DNA of 55,909 bases from a virus (lineage: Duplodnaviria; Caudoviricetes): the IMG/VR virus record IMGVR_UViG_3300030106_007522, positions 1 through 55,909 of that record, one strand, 5' to 3'. The translations under genes were made by a program, and so were the position numbers. Positions 30,013-39,015 of this stretch are shown in pieces. The notes beneath the pieces were generated by a model, which did no database searches, was not told the origin of the DNA, and saw only the letters and a list, made by a program, of their open reading frames with translations. Numbering within the stretch: position 1 is the stretch's first letter; each line of letters starts with the position of its first letter.

Positions 30013-31262
30013 ACCAATAGGTCCTCTAAGTCGATCTGATCAAGACCGAGAGGGTCATGATTGATTTCATGTACCAGCTTATCAAGAATCTTAGACTCTT
30101 CAAATTCCTTAACAACATATTCTTTCAACTTGGAGGCTTTGCTTAATGCCAAGTTGTGATCTTTGTAGACATCCGCAATCTTTGTTTTTGCAGACTGAAG
30201 ACTCGGGAAAGCCCATTTGGAATCTGGTGTTACAACATTCTCCCAAACTGATTCTTTTTGTACGTTGTTTAAATCATATGCAACTTTACCAAACATTCCC
30301 TTTTTCTTTTCTTTGCCCTTTTTGTCTTTCTGGGGGATGTACAAGAAATCTAAATGGCCGCCCCAGTCTGTTGTGACGATTGGCAAACCATTGTATGCTG
30401 CTTCAAAGAGCGGTAATCCAAAACCCTCACCGTGTGCCAATGAAAGCATGCACTTAACTTTGTCGTGGTTAAGAAGTGTTGTCATCTCCGCTTCAGTGAG
30501 GCGACCATGCAAGAGATAAATCTTACATTTTCGTTCACCGTAACGTCTGGAGATGACGGAAAGTGTGTGTTCCATCGTAAGCCTGTCGTAAGTGCTGCCA
30601 TTTTTGATAGCAGTCTTAATGATTAATCCAACGTTCTCGTTGTCTCGGAACTGCTCAACAAATGCACGAATGGTTTGTTCTAGATTTTTTCTCTGTCCCC
30701 ACAGTGCAACAGTAAGAAAGTTAAAGTCCGTATCGAAATCAAACTGTACATCTGCAGGTTCAACATTCTTAACCGGATATCCTACAATTTCAACAGGCAC
30801 ATTACAAACTAAATCAGTAACATGTTCTTTCTTCTCATTCACAAGTGGATACTTCGTATCAAGAAAGCCGCTTTTGGCATGTTGCGAAATGGTGATGATT
30901 TTATCCATCTCGTTAGATTTCTGCAGCCACAACGGTGCGACCTTGTGAGTCTCAATACCAGCTGTGATGCCGATGTTTACAGGTGCAATTTTTTGAAATT
31001 CGTTTGGAATAGTGACCTGAAGGGACAAATCAAATTGAATTTTATTCTGCACCGCATGATGAGTTTTAATTATCAAAGAGTCGATCCAAGCTCGTTCTTC
31101 TGAGTTTTCTGAAATCCAACCTGTCTTGCCCCATTCAATGTTGGCAAAATAAACATCAAACAAGTCTTCTCTACTACGAAGAGCACGAAGAACAAGTCTT
31201 GCATGTTCCCCGTACCCAGATGCACTCAGTGCAGGTCCTTTTACAATTACTTTCTTTTTCAT
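30009..31262 (-). CDS. Glycosyltransferase, GT4-like
   Basis: SASGYGEHAR, QRKN, HGEGFGLPLFEAAYNGLP. The start at 31262 follows GGAG and overlaps the upstream stop (ATGA). Confidence 0.88.
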   Translation of the reverse strand: MKKKVIVKGPALSASGYGEHARLVLRALRSREDLFDVYFANIEWGKTGWISENSEERAWIDSLIIKTHHAVQNKIQFDLSLQVTIPNEFQKIAPVNIGITAGIETHKVAPLWLQKSNEMDKIITISQHAKSGFLDTKYPLVNEKKEHVTDLVCNVPVEIVGYPVKNVEPADVQFDFDTDFNFLTVALWGQRKNLEQTIRAFVEQFRDNENVGLIIKTAIKNGSTYDRLTMEHTLSVISRRYGERKCKIYLLHGRLTEAEMTTLLNHDKVKCMLSLAHGEGFGLPLFEAAYNGLPIVTTDWGGHLDFLYIPQKDKKGKEKKKGMFGKVAYDLNNVQKESVWENVVTPDSKWAFPSLQSAKTKIADVYKDHNLALSKASKLKEYVVKEFEESKILDKLVHEINHDPLGLDQIDLEDLLV

Positions 31263-32512
31263 GATATCTCCGTTAGTGTCCATCTGTCATAACCCTCTCT
31301 TTTGTCCCACGAGCCTCTAGTCTCAATTGTCTTTTTGACGAGTTCGACCCAGCGCTGCTGGAAGAGTTCAAAACCATAATTCTTTTCTGCATGTTCCCGA
31401 CCAAGAGAGCCCAACTTCTTTCTTTCTTCGTTAGTCATGTTGTACATTTTGAGCATAGCATTGACGACATCATCACCGGACAATCGATCCTCATAAATCC
31501 ACGGGATGTTTTGAGAGCCGATGATTGCTTTTGATGCTGGTTCGAGTCCAATGCCGAAATAGGTTTCACCATCAAACACCTGCTCCTGCAGACCGCCTGT
31601 CATCGTTGCGATGATGGGGGTCGCACAGTTAAGCGACTCAAGGGCAGACAAGCCAAAACCTTCCGCATCTGAAATCATGACACTACAGTCTGCAAGATTA
31701 TAATATTTTGCAAGGTCTTCGTTGGAAATCTTATTTCTAGAAAACAAAACCTGACCATTGGTCAATTCGAGGTTCCTGATGATTGCATCCAAATCTTGAC
31801 CATGAGGGTCTTTGGTGTCTGTGTGCATGATAAGGGTCGCCTTGTCGTGGCCTACCTTATCTAAAAATTCTTTATACCAAAACAACAAAGAACCACTTTG
31901 CTTTCTACGAGCATTGCGGCTATTGAAAAATAAAACAAACCGATCCTTGTTGTTTTCAAAAATCTTGTCCCTGTTCTCTTTTATTTCTTCATCAGAGGCA
32001 GGCTTAAAAATCTTATCATCAACCGCATGGGGGATGTAATGACACTCAACCTCTGGTGCAACTGTCTTAACAATATCATCTGTGACCTTTGAAATAGTTG
32101 CTATAACATCGTTGGAAAGGTAATGTTTTTTGTTGTATGTTGGGTAAGGATAATTATCCCAAACATGATAGTATATTAAAGGACAGGTGGAACGAATCTC
32201 GTCGTCGATTTCCCACAACCAGCCCCAGAAACGAGGGTCTGTCATAATCCAAACCAAATCAACCTTCTCTGTGCGGACGATGGAGCGAATCAAATCCTGA
32301 GTTCCATATCCATCTACAGGGAAAATTGTCCAATCCTCTCCATACTTTTCTAAACGTTGCGGATTGTAATCATTGTGTTTGATGGCACCAGCAAGAGATA
32401 TTACCTTGTAATCTCCCGTAGCCAACAGTGCTTCAATCACATATCTTGTTTGTGTACCAACACCACTTGGAGACAAGGGGTGGTCGGACAAAGTTAAAAT
32501 TGTTTTTTTCAT
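31259..32512 (-). CDS. Glycosyltransferase, GT4-like
   Basis: SDHPLSPSGVG, RNARRK, AEGFGLSALESLNCATP. Confidence 0.88.
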   Translation of the reverse strand: MKKTILTLSDHPLSPSGVGTQTRYVIEALLATGDYKVISLAGAIKHNDYNPQRLEKYGEDWTIFPVDGYGTQDLIRSIVRTEKVDLVWIMTDPRFWGWLWEIDDEIRSTCPLIYYHVWDNYPYPTYNKKHYLSNDVIATISKVTDDIVKTVAPEVECHYIPHAVDDKIFKPASDEEIKENRDKIFENNKDRFVLFFNSRNARRKQSGSLLFWYKEFLDKVGHDKATLIMHTDTKDPHGQDLDAIIRNLELTNGQVLFSRNKISNEDLAKYYNLADCSVMISDAEGFGLSALESLNCATPIIATMTGGLQEQVFDGETYFGIGLEPASKAIIGSQNIPWIYEDRLSGDDVVNAMLKMYNMTNEERKKLGSLGREHAEKNYGFELFQQRWVELVKKTIETRGSWDKREGYDRWTLTEIS

Positions 32513-32521
32513 GGATTCTCC

Positions 32522-33298
32522 TTATGGACAATGCTCGGTGCCCTTAAAATCACATCTCGAACAGGACAACCTGTTCTTCATAAAGTTTTTTCTATCAATA
32601 TTATACACCGACTGTTCAAGGAGTTTAAGGGCATTATTTGTCTTTTTATCTCCAGAAGTCACTCTCATGATTTCAACCTTATCTCTCTTGCCAGTTCGTT
32701 TGAGAAGAGCGAAGTAAGTCTCGATGTCTTCCTTTGGGATGCCACGTTTCTCTGAGAGAAAATGCTTATAATATGTAAGCTGGTATGTCACCATTGGGTC
32801 GGTTCTCTTTTTCATGTCCCAACCCCATGAGCATGTCTTCCAGTCGATGATGTGATATTTGCCATCTTCGGTTTTAATAAAACAATCTACATAACCTTTG
32901 AAGGTGTAGTTGTCATCGGTCTTATAAAAAAGTTTCTCGTGAATCTCCTCTTCAGAAGAGACAAGAGTAAAATTACCGAAGTACTCATGAAGAGCAGGAA
33001 TAATATCAGGTAAAATGCTTACACCCTGCTGTTCAAACTCAGTCAAAGTCTTTTCCTCAACTTCTTCTTTGAGTTGTTTTGTTTCGTTGATTAGGGCTTT
33101 TTTAAAATACTTCTCAGATTCGAAATTCTGGTTTAGTTGTCTGCTCAACAACATTGCTTCACAAGTATCATGAATCGCTTTACCGAAGGCAGTGTAGATA
33201 TTTCCTTCAAAGCCTTTGATTTTGTCGATTCGTGTTAGTTTGTGATAGTAGGGACAGAATTTCCAATCTTTAATAGCGGAAAATGAAACGTGAGGCAA
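32522..33298 (-). CDS. PD-(D/E)XK exonuclease, Cas4/AddB-like with Fe-S cysteines
   Basis: SFS...CP, GKAIH, GYVD, IIDWKT, QLTYY and C-terminal CSRC...C. Confidence 0.85.
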   Translation of the reverse strand: MPHVSFSAIKDWKFCPYYHKLTRIDKIKGFEGNIYTAFGKAIHDTCEAMLLSRQLNQNFESEKYFKKALINETKQLKEEVEEKTLTEFEQQGVSILPDIIPALHEYFGNFTLVSSEEEIHEKLFYKTDDNYTFKGYVDCFIKTEDGKYHIIDWKTCSWGWDMKKRTDPMVTYQLTYYKHFLSEKRGIPKEDIETYFALLKRTGKRDKVEIMRVTSGDKKTNNALKLLEQSVYNIDRKNFMKNRLSCSRCDFKGTEHCP

Positions 33299-33299
33299 A

Positions 33300-33656
33300 T
33301 TAGCTTCCTTTCTTCTTTCTCGTCCTTTTTTTCTTTGCAGGTGCTTTTTCTACGGACGACTCGGAATAGATACCATCTGTTGGCTCGGCTGTCATTGGAA
33401 TTGGTGCTAAGACTTCTTTCGTGTCGTTGATAATGGAAAATACCCACTTACCAATTCTTTTAGACAGATCACTATTATTATCTATTGTATCAGATATAAC
33501 ACATTTGTCAACCTTTATTTTGTCGTTTTCTAACATGGTTTTCACCATTCTGGTTGTAAAGGTCATTCTAGGATCTCTCGCAAGTGTCCGTTTTTTAAGT
33601 TCAATTAAGACAGTAACTTCCGTTCCTGTATCGTTTTTTATGATTTCTTTCTTCAT
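33300..33656 (-). CDS. Hypothetical protein with basic C-terminal tail
   Basis: 118 aa, AGGAG RBS, ends AKKKRTRKKKGS. Confidence 0.6.
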   Translation of the reverse strand: MKKEIIKNDTGTEVTVLIELKKRTLARDPRMTFTTRMVKTMLENDKIKVDKCVISDTIDNNSDLSKRIGKWVFSIINDTKEVLAPIPMTAEPTDGIYSESSVEKAPAKKKRTRKKKGS

Positions 33657-33691
33657 AGAATGTAAAACTCCTAATAGTATTTAGGTCTTTA

Positions 33692-35002
33692 TTAAAGAAT
33701 CTTTGCCGCTAAAGTGGCAATAGCACTTCTTTCGCCCTTCAAGAAGGACACATGACCCGCTAAATCATACTCTTTAAATCTCTCGACGGCATAGGTAAGA
33801 CCATTAGATGTTTCGTCGACATAGACATTATCAATTTGTTCAATGTCACCAGTCAATATTAACTTTGAATCTTCTCCGATTCTTGTAACAATTGTTTTCA
33901 ATTCGTGCCTTGTTAAATTCTGAGCCTCATCGACGATGATAAATGCCTTTGAAATAGAGCGACCTCTAATGTAAGTTATAGCTTCCATTTCTATTGTACC
34001 ACGATCTAAATATTCTTGAAGCATTAATTTATCATTTCCCATTAAAAATTGCAAATTATCTTGAATCGGTGTCAACCACGGTGCCATTTTCTCTTCCATC
34101 GTTCCCGGCAAAAAGCCGATGTCTTTACCCAAAGGCTGAATTGGTCGTGACACAATAAGTCTGGTGTACTCCTCAGTCTGCAGAACTTGTTCTAGTCCAG
34201 CGGAAAGAGCACACAAGGTTTTCCCCGTACCAGCAGAACCAATCAAACTTACGACTGGAATTGTTTTGTCAAACAAGAGATCCATTGCAAATTGTTGTTC
34301 TCTGTTTCTTGGGGAGATACCATAAAAATTCTGACGTTTGCTCAACATTCTGAGTGGTTTGTTTTCTCCGTCATATCTTGCAAGGGCTGTTCTAGATTCG
34401 TTTATGTTTGATTTCAACATAACAAACTGATTTGCATGCAAGTTGCTCTTTTCAATCTCGATGGGCTTTGCAATATAGAAATCATCGATAATGTTATCAT
34501 TGACAAGAACCTCTGTAAAACCAGTATAAACTTCTTCTCCGGCTTCTAAAATTTGGTCTGGATTGTAGTCTTCTGTTGGGAGCCCAAGAGCATCACATAT
34601 CACCCGCATATTCACATCACGAGAAACAAGAGTGACATCATTGTCGGGGCCCTTTTCTCGCTCCTGCATTGCTGTGGCAATGATTTTGTGGTCAGGGACA
34701 TCAGGAGATAAATCATCTGGGAGGTATGCATGGACATTTAAGGCACTTGGTCTTACTGTCAACATACCCTTCTCTTCTCCGAGAGAAACTCCCTCATAGA
34801 GTGAACCTGCTTCTCTTAGGTCATCAAAAATTCTGATTATTGTTCTAGCATTCGATCCTACGGAATCTTGTCTTTTTTTATGTTTGTCGATCTCTTCGAG
34901 AACTTTCATTGGGACGACAATATCATTCTTGCCGTAGGCATAAACCGAGTTTGCATTGGTAAGAAAAACGCTCGTATCGAGCACGTATATACTTTTTTTC
35001 AT
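33692..35002 (-). CDS. phoH: PIN-PhoH (PhoH2/YlaK-like) protein
   Basis: PIN motifs VLDTSV, EEID, DHKII, SRDVNMR. PhoH motifs GSAGTGKT, GFLPG, YIRGRS, DEAQN, GDIEQID, ERS. Probable start MKKSIY at 35002. Confidence 0.9.
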   Translation of the reverse strand: MKKSIYVLDTSVFLTNANSVYAYGKNDIVVPMKVLEEIDKHKKRQDSVGSNARTIIRIFDDLREAGSLYEGVSLGEEKGMLTVRPSALNVHAYLPDDLSPDVPDHKIIATAMQEREKGPDNDVTLVSRDVNMRVICDALGLPTEDYNPDQILEAGEEVYTGFTEVLVNDNIIDDFYIAKPIEIEKSNLHANQFVMLKSNINESRTALARYDGENKPLRMLSKRQNFYGISPRNREQQFAMDLLFDKTIPVVSLIGSAGTGKTLCALSAGLEQVLQTEEYTRLIVSRPIQPLGKDIGFLPGTMEEKMAPWLTPIQDNLQFLMGNDKLMLQEYLDRGTIEMEAITYIRGRSISKAFIIVDEAQNLTRHELKTIVTRIGEDSKLILTGDIEQIDNVYVDETSNGLTYAVERFKEYDLAGHVSFLKGERSAIATLAAKIL

Positions 35003-35110
35003 AAAGTTCTTCTTTCTATAGACATTTCGTGTGTGCCAATATAAATAGTTAAAGCATTTCATTTAGGGAATAAGTTTTACTTTTAATGACTCGGGTTCAT
35101 ACTTATTTGT

Positions 35111-35812
35111 ATGAAAAAATTATTATTAATCCCAGCCTTAATGACCTGCTTACTAATGTCAAGCTGTGCATTTACAAACCTTTTTACTAAAAATTTACTA
35201 GATCAGAGAAGAAGAGCATTTGTAGGTTTATCCAAAGTTATCTTCAACGAAGAAGGTCGCATGATGGGGATGTCGACTGCCTCTGGTGCTATCATTGAGC
35301 ACGACGGCGATAAATCATATGTCCTGACAGCAAAACACTTCTGCGAGCCGACTGGTGCGAAATATATAGATCAAATCAATATACATACCCATAAGATGGA
35401 AAACGCCAGAGCTGAAGTAGTCGCAATGGCAAAAGACATTGATGCATGTATTATCTCATCAAACAGGCTGGATGCGAAAAAACTTTCTGTTGCAAACTTT
35501 CCGCCTGAAATTGGTGAAAAGGTATACAATATGGCTGCACCACAAGGTGTGTTTGGGGAAAACCTCGTCATGCTTTATGAGGGGTTCTATTCAGGAAAGC
35601 TTGTTGAGGGACCACTCGGTCAGACCACTGCTGACATTTTTTCTTTACCCGCGAATCCTGGAAGTTCCGGTAGCCCTGTTATAAACGGTCGCGGAAAGCT
35701 AGTTGGTGTTGTCTTTGCTATACACTCCAGATTTCACCACATCACACTGTCCACACCTTTTGAGAAGATGAGAAGCTTCATCCATACTGTTTTAGAATCA
35801 AAGTCAGAATAA
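35111..35812 (+). CDS. Trypsin-like serine protease, predicted lipoprotein
   Basis: Signal peptide with lipobox LLMSSC. Catalytic motifs LTAKHFC, DAC and PGSSGSP. Confidence 0.85.
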   Translation: MKKLLLIPALMTCLLMSSCAFTNLFTKNLLDQRRRAFVGLSKVIFNEEGRMMGMSTASGAIIEHDGDKSYVLTAKHFCEPTGAKYIDQINIHTHKMENARAEVVAMAKDIDACIISSNRLDAKKLSVANFPPEIGEKVYNMAAPQGVFGENLVMLYEGFYSGKLVEGPLGQTTADIFSLPANPGSSGSPVINGRGKLVGVVFAIHSRFHHITLSTPFEKMRSFIHTVLESKSE

Positions 35813-35813
35813 A

Positions 35814-36500
35814 ATGGCACGGAAAGCAAAAGGAAAAAGAAAATCCTTTAAGTCAAGAAAAGAAGCGACAATCAAGAAAACAAGATTGACGTTCCAGATG
35901 GTTTCTGCGGAAATCATTGAGGCAGAGATTATTCTAGAAGATTGCATATTTGAATTCAACGAAAGATTTGAAACAGGAAGAAGACCTCAGATTGTAGAAC
36001 CAGATGAAATCGAGGAATCAGATTCCGTTGATATGATACAATCTGCTCCAGAAGAACCGGAAGAAGAGGAAGAAGAGAAAGAAGAAGTAGAGGAAATCGA
36101 AGAAGAAGTGTTGGAGAGGGATAAAGACTTAAAAGACCTCTTTAAAAAGATTGCTCTAAAAACCCACCCAGACAGACTATCAGACGATGACGACGAAGAG
36201 TACAAAACAGAACTCTACAAAGAGGCTGCATCTGCAGTTAAAGGTGGAGATGGAATGGCACTCTTAGAAATAGCATATGAATTGGGAATCAATGTCGATA
36301 TCGATCCAGAAAAAGAACTCGAATGGTTAAACAGAAAGATCCGCATGCTTCAACACAAAGTTACAGAAATGCAAAACACCGCCGAGTGGATTTGGTACCA
36401 CAGCGACGGTGCAGAACGTGTTAGAGTTGAGATGATGGTTCAAGGTCAACTCGGCTTTAAAATAAGAGAACCTAGTTCATACGACAATAGCGATGAGTAA
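35814..36500 (+). CDS. J-domain-like (DnaJ) co-chaperone protein
   Basis: LKDLFKKIALKTHPDR is a helix II-HPD motif. It is preceded by an acidic linker. Confidence 0.7.
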   Translation: MARKAKGKRKSFKSRKEATIKKTRLTFQMVSAEIIEAEIILEDCIFEFNERFETGRRPQIVEPDEIEESDSVDMIQSAPEEPEEEEEEKEEVEEIEEEVLERDKDLKDLFKKIALKTHPDRLSDDDDEEYKTELYKEAASAVKGGDGMALLEIAYELGINVDIDPEKELEWLNRKIRMLQHKVTEMQNTAEWIWYHSDGAERVRVEMMVQGQLGFKIREPSSYDNSDE

Positions 36501-36738
36501 CACACCACTCTCCATCACAAATTAATTCTGTTTCAAAGTCTTCACAGATTGCAGGATAACCACACAATTCTTCAAACTTTCCAGCATCCATTTCTTCTCT
36601 AACAGAAGCATCCATTGTTTGACACAATGCTGTTTTGCTCACGGTGAGCTCTTCAGCAGCAAAATCAATTCGAACAGTTGGTTCTTCCATCCCGCATGCA
36701 AAAAGAAACGGGACAGCAAATAAAAATAACTTTTTCAT
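36472..36738 (-). CDS. Small predicted lipoprotein, Cys-containing
   Basis: MKKLFLFAVPFLFACG is a lipoprotein signal. Several further Cys follow. Confidence 0.6.
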   Translation of the reverse strand: MKKLFLFAVPFLFACGMEEPTVRIDFAAEELTVSKTALCQTMDASVREEMDAGKFEELCGYPAICEDFETELICDGEWCVTHRYCRMN

Positions 36739-36742
36739 AACT

Positions 36743-36916
36743 TTAATCCTTGTAGCAACCATAATCCCATTTACTGCTTTCCACTAGAAGCTGTTTATTC
36801 TCTTTCTTCCCCTCATTTGAAACTAAAGTAATTTTAACTTTCTGATTATCGCTTAGTTTCGAGATGTATAAGAGGGCTTCATCTTTTGTCATTGTTCCAG
36901 TGGATACGTCGGGCAT
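36743..36916 (-). CDS. Small hypothetical protein (57 aa), not in ORF track
   Basis: AAGGAG RBS, then MPDVSTGTMTKDEALLYISKLSDNQKVKITLVSNEGKKENKQLLVESSKWDYGCYKD*. It fills the gap and ends 4 nt before the next ATG. Confidence 0.55.
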   Translation of the reverse strand: MPDVSTGTMTKDEALLYISKLSDNQKVKITLVSNEGKKENKQLLVESSKWDYGCYKD

Positions 36917-36984
36917 AGGGATCTCCTTTTGGTCTGTTGTAAGTATTATTAAGAAAGAGTTATTCTAACATAAAAATGAAAAAA

Positions 36985-38373
36985 TTAAAAGTATTTTATT
37001 TGAGGGCGACCATGATATTTGCATGCATCACTTATTGCATCCTTAATCATCTGCTCCTGCTTATTTTTATCCTTCCAATCCTCTTGTGCTGAGGGTGATA
37101 AAGATTTAATTGGATCAACATAATAGAAGAACCCATCTTTCACTGCTGGTGCCTTGTACACTGAGATACCTGTTCTTTGGTTGTAGTGTTCGAAGCTATG
37201 AATATCTCTCTTTCCTCCGCCACCAGGGGCATCAACAATGAAAAGGGGAATATTGAAACCTGCAGTGGTTCCTCTTAATCGCTTCTCAAGATCCATAGAT
37301 GTTCTAGCAGTTGTTCTCAAATCTTCTGTTCCTCGAACAAGATCGTGCATGTAAACATAATAAGGCTGAACATTAATGTAGCCTAACTTTTTAATAAGAC
37401 TCCCCATCAATTCTTCTGTATCGTTTACACCTGCCTGTAACACAGCTTGATTACGAACAGTTATACCACGCTCGAAAAGAAGATTCATGGCATCTTGAGA
37501 GATTCCCGTTATTTCATTTGGTGTGTTGAAATGAGTATGAATGACAACATCTTTATGCATCTTTCTTCCTCGTTCAACCACTTCCGTGATTGCATCTGTC
37601 CAATCAGTGTCAGTTAACACTTTCATAGGTTGAATTGCAAGACCCTTGGTTGCAAAACGGAATCTTCGGATATGTGGAATATCTAAAAGTGCATTGCCGA
37701 TTTCTCTTACCTGATCTGCTTTAAGTCGATACATATCACCACCACTGATGACAACATCCTCTACTTCTTCTCTTTCCCGAATATACTGTAATGCTCTTGC
37801 CCATCGCTCTTGGTTTGCCTTGAGCTGGACCTTCTCAACAGTGTCAGTATCCAAACCCACAGCATAAGACCTCGTACAGAAGCGACAGTAGACCGGGCAG
37901 GTGTCCAGAGCAAGGAACAGTACCTTATCAGGGTAACGATGAGTTAAGCCCTCTACGGGGGCATCTGCTTGCTCGTGGAGGGAGTCTAAAGTCAACAGAG
38001 GGTGGTCTGGTTGCAACTGAGAAGCTACTGGTAGGAATTGTCTTCTTATGGGGTCGTTATAGGGGTCTTCCCAGTCGATAAGAGACAAGAGATAGGGGGA
38101 AATACGGACAGCCATTGGTGCCGCACTAAACCCTGCTTCCAAGTCTTTAACAAACTCTTCTGAGACAATACCATCAACGGCTTTCAGAAGCTTTTTAATG
38201 TTTGTTGCAGCATTCTTCTCTTGCCATTTGTGACTCAGGAAAGTCTCTTCGTCAATGTCTCTCCATGCAGGTATCTTTTGCCAGAAAGCATCTCTTCTTA
38301 AATTTCTCCAATTTAAATCAAGTGGAGAAACTTTTGGTTTTAAATGTTTTATTTTTTGCCCAATAGTTTGCAT
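36985..38373 (-). CDS. kamA: KamA-family radical SAM/PLP enzyme (lysine 2,3-aminomutase-like)
   Basis: DPIRRQF, GLTHRYPDKVL, CPVYCRFC (radical SAM), ISGGD, HFN, NQAVL, PYY...D and DAPGGGGK (PLP lysine). Confidence 0.9.
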   Translation of the reverse strand: MQTIGQKIKHLKPKVSPLDLNWRNLRRDAFWQKIPAWRDIDEETFLSHKWQEKNAATNIKKLLKAVDGIVSEEFVKDLEAGFSAAPMAVRISPYLLSLIDWEDPYNDPIRRQFLPVASQLQPDHPLLTLDSLHEQADAPVEGLTHRYPDKVLFLALDTCPVYCRFCTRSYAVGLDTDTVEKVQLKANQERWARALQYIREREEVEDVVISGGDMYRLKADQVREIGNALLDIPHIRRFRFATKGLAIQPMKVLTDTDWTDAITEVVERGRKMHKDVVIHTHFNTPNEITGISQDAMNLLFERGITVRNQAVLQAGVNDTEELMGSLIKKLGYINVQPYYVYMHDLVRGTEDLRTTARTSMDLEKRLRGTTAGFNIPLFIVDAPGGGGKRDIHSFEHYNQRTGISVYKAPAVKDGFFYYVDPIKSLSPSAQEDWKDKNKQEQMIKDAISDACKYHGRPQIKYF

Positions 38374-38381
38374 ATGGACTC

Positions 38382-38903
38382 CTAATCAATAAGTTCGTAT
38401 TCTTCTTTGCGACGAGTGTCAAACCATGCTGGGACTTTGTCAGCAGGGTATCGCATCTTTGGTTTGTCAGAATAAAAGTTTCTATAGGACTTGACAATGT
38501 TGTCAGACTTGTATTCGTCTGGCATGCATAACGGAAGTGAGGTTGGTTTGTCGTGTGGGAACAAAGATGCATCAAACAAGTCTTTGCAGATGTTGAGTAC
38601 ACGTTCGCACTTGTGTACCTTGTGTTGACCGAAGCGAGCTTTGTATTCGTCGAGCATAGCTTCTGTGTGTTTGACAAGGTTGAGAAAATTAGCAGATGAC
38701 TCACGAACCCACTTGGTGCTGGGGTGATTGAAGTGAGCATTGCGGTAGGGTGTTTCGAAACCCTGGTGATTAAGGGTCGTACATAACATTTGGCATGACT
38801 CCAGAATCATTTTGACAACACGATAATTATCAAGCTCACGAGCAGACTGTTCCCAGTCGATAGTTCCAGTTTTCTCGCAGCCGCCAATAGCAAAAATATT
38901 CAT
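38382..38903 (-). CDS. Pyrimidine-dimer DNA glycosylase-like (DenV-related) protein
   Basis: MNIF, VVKMILESCQML, HFNHPSTKWVRES, RFG..KVHKC, MPDEYK..SYRNFY. The start at 38903 follows AAGGAG. Confidence 0.72.
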   Translation of the reverse strand: MNIFAIGGCEKTGTIDWEQSARELDNYRVVKMILESCQMLCTTLNHQGFETPYRNAHFNHPSTKWVRESSANFLNLVKHTEAMLDEYKARFGQHKVHKCERVLNICKDLFDASLFPHDKPTSLPLCMPDEYKSDNIVKSYRNFYSDKPKMRYPADKVPAWFDTRRKEEYELID

Positions 38904-38926
38904 ACATACTCCTTGTGTGTTCAAAC

Positions 38927-38955
38927 ATTATAACATACAGATCACTTTATGTCAA
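38927..38955 (-). promoter_or_regulatory. Consensus sigma70 promoter (host RNAP, early-type)
   Basis: The minus strand reads TTGACA-N17-TATAAT with an extended -10 TG, upstream of the DenV-like and kamA genes. Confidence 0.85.
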
Positions 38956-38964
38956 TCATTATGT

Positions 38965-38991
38965 AAAAAAAAAGAGTCCACAAGGGACTCT
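38965..38991 (-). terminator. Rho-independent terminator after the beta-barrel gene
   Basis: AGAGTCC/GGACTCT stem followed by a T-run on the minus strand. Confidence 0.8.
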
Positions 38992-39015
38992 CTTTGAAAA
39001 TTAATTCATTACTTC

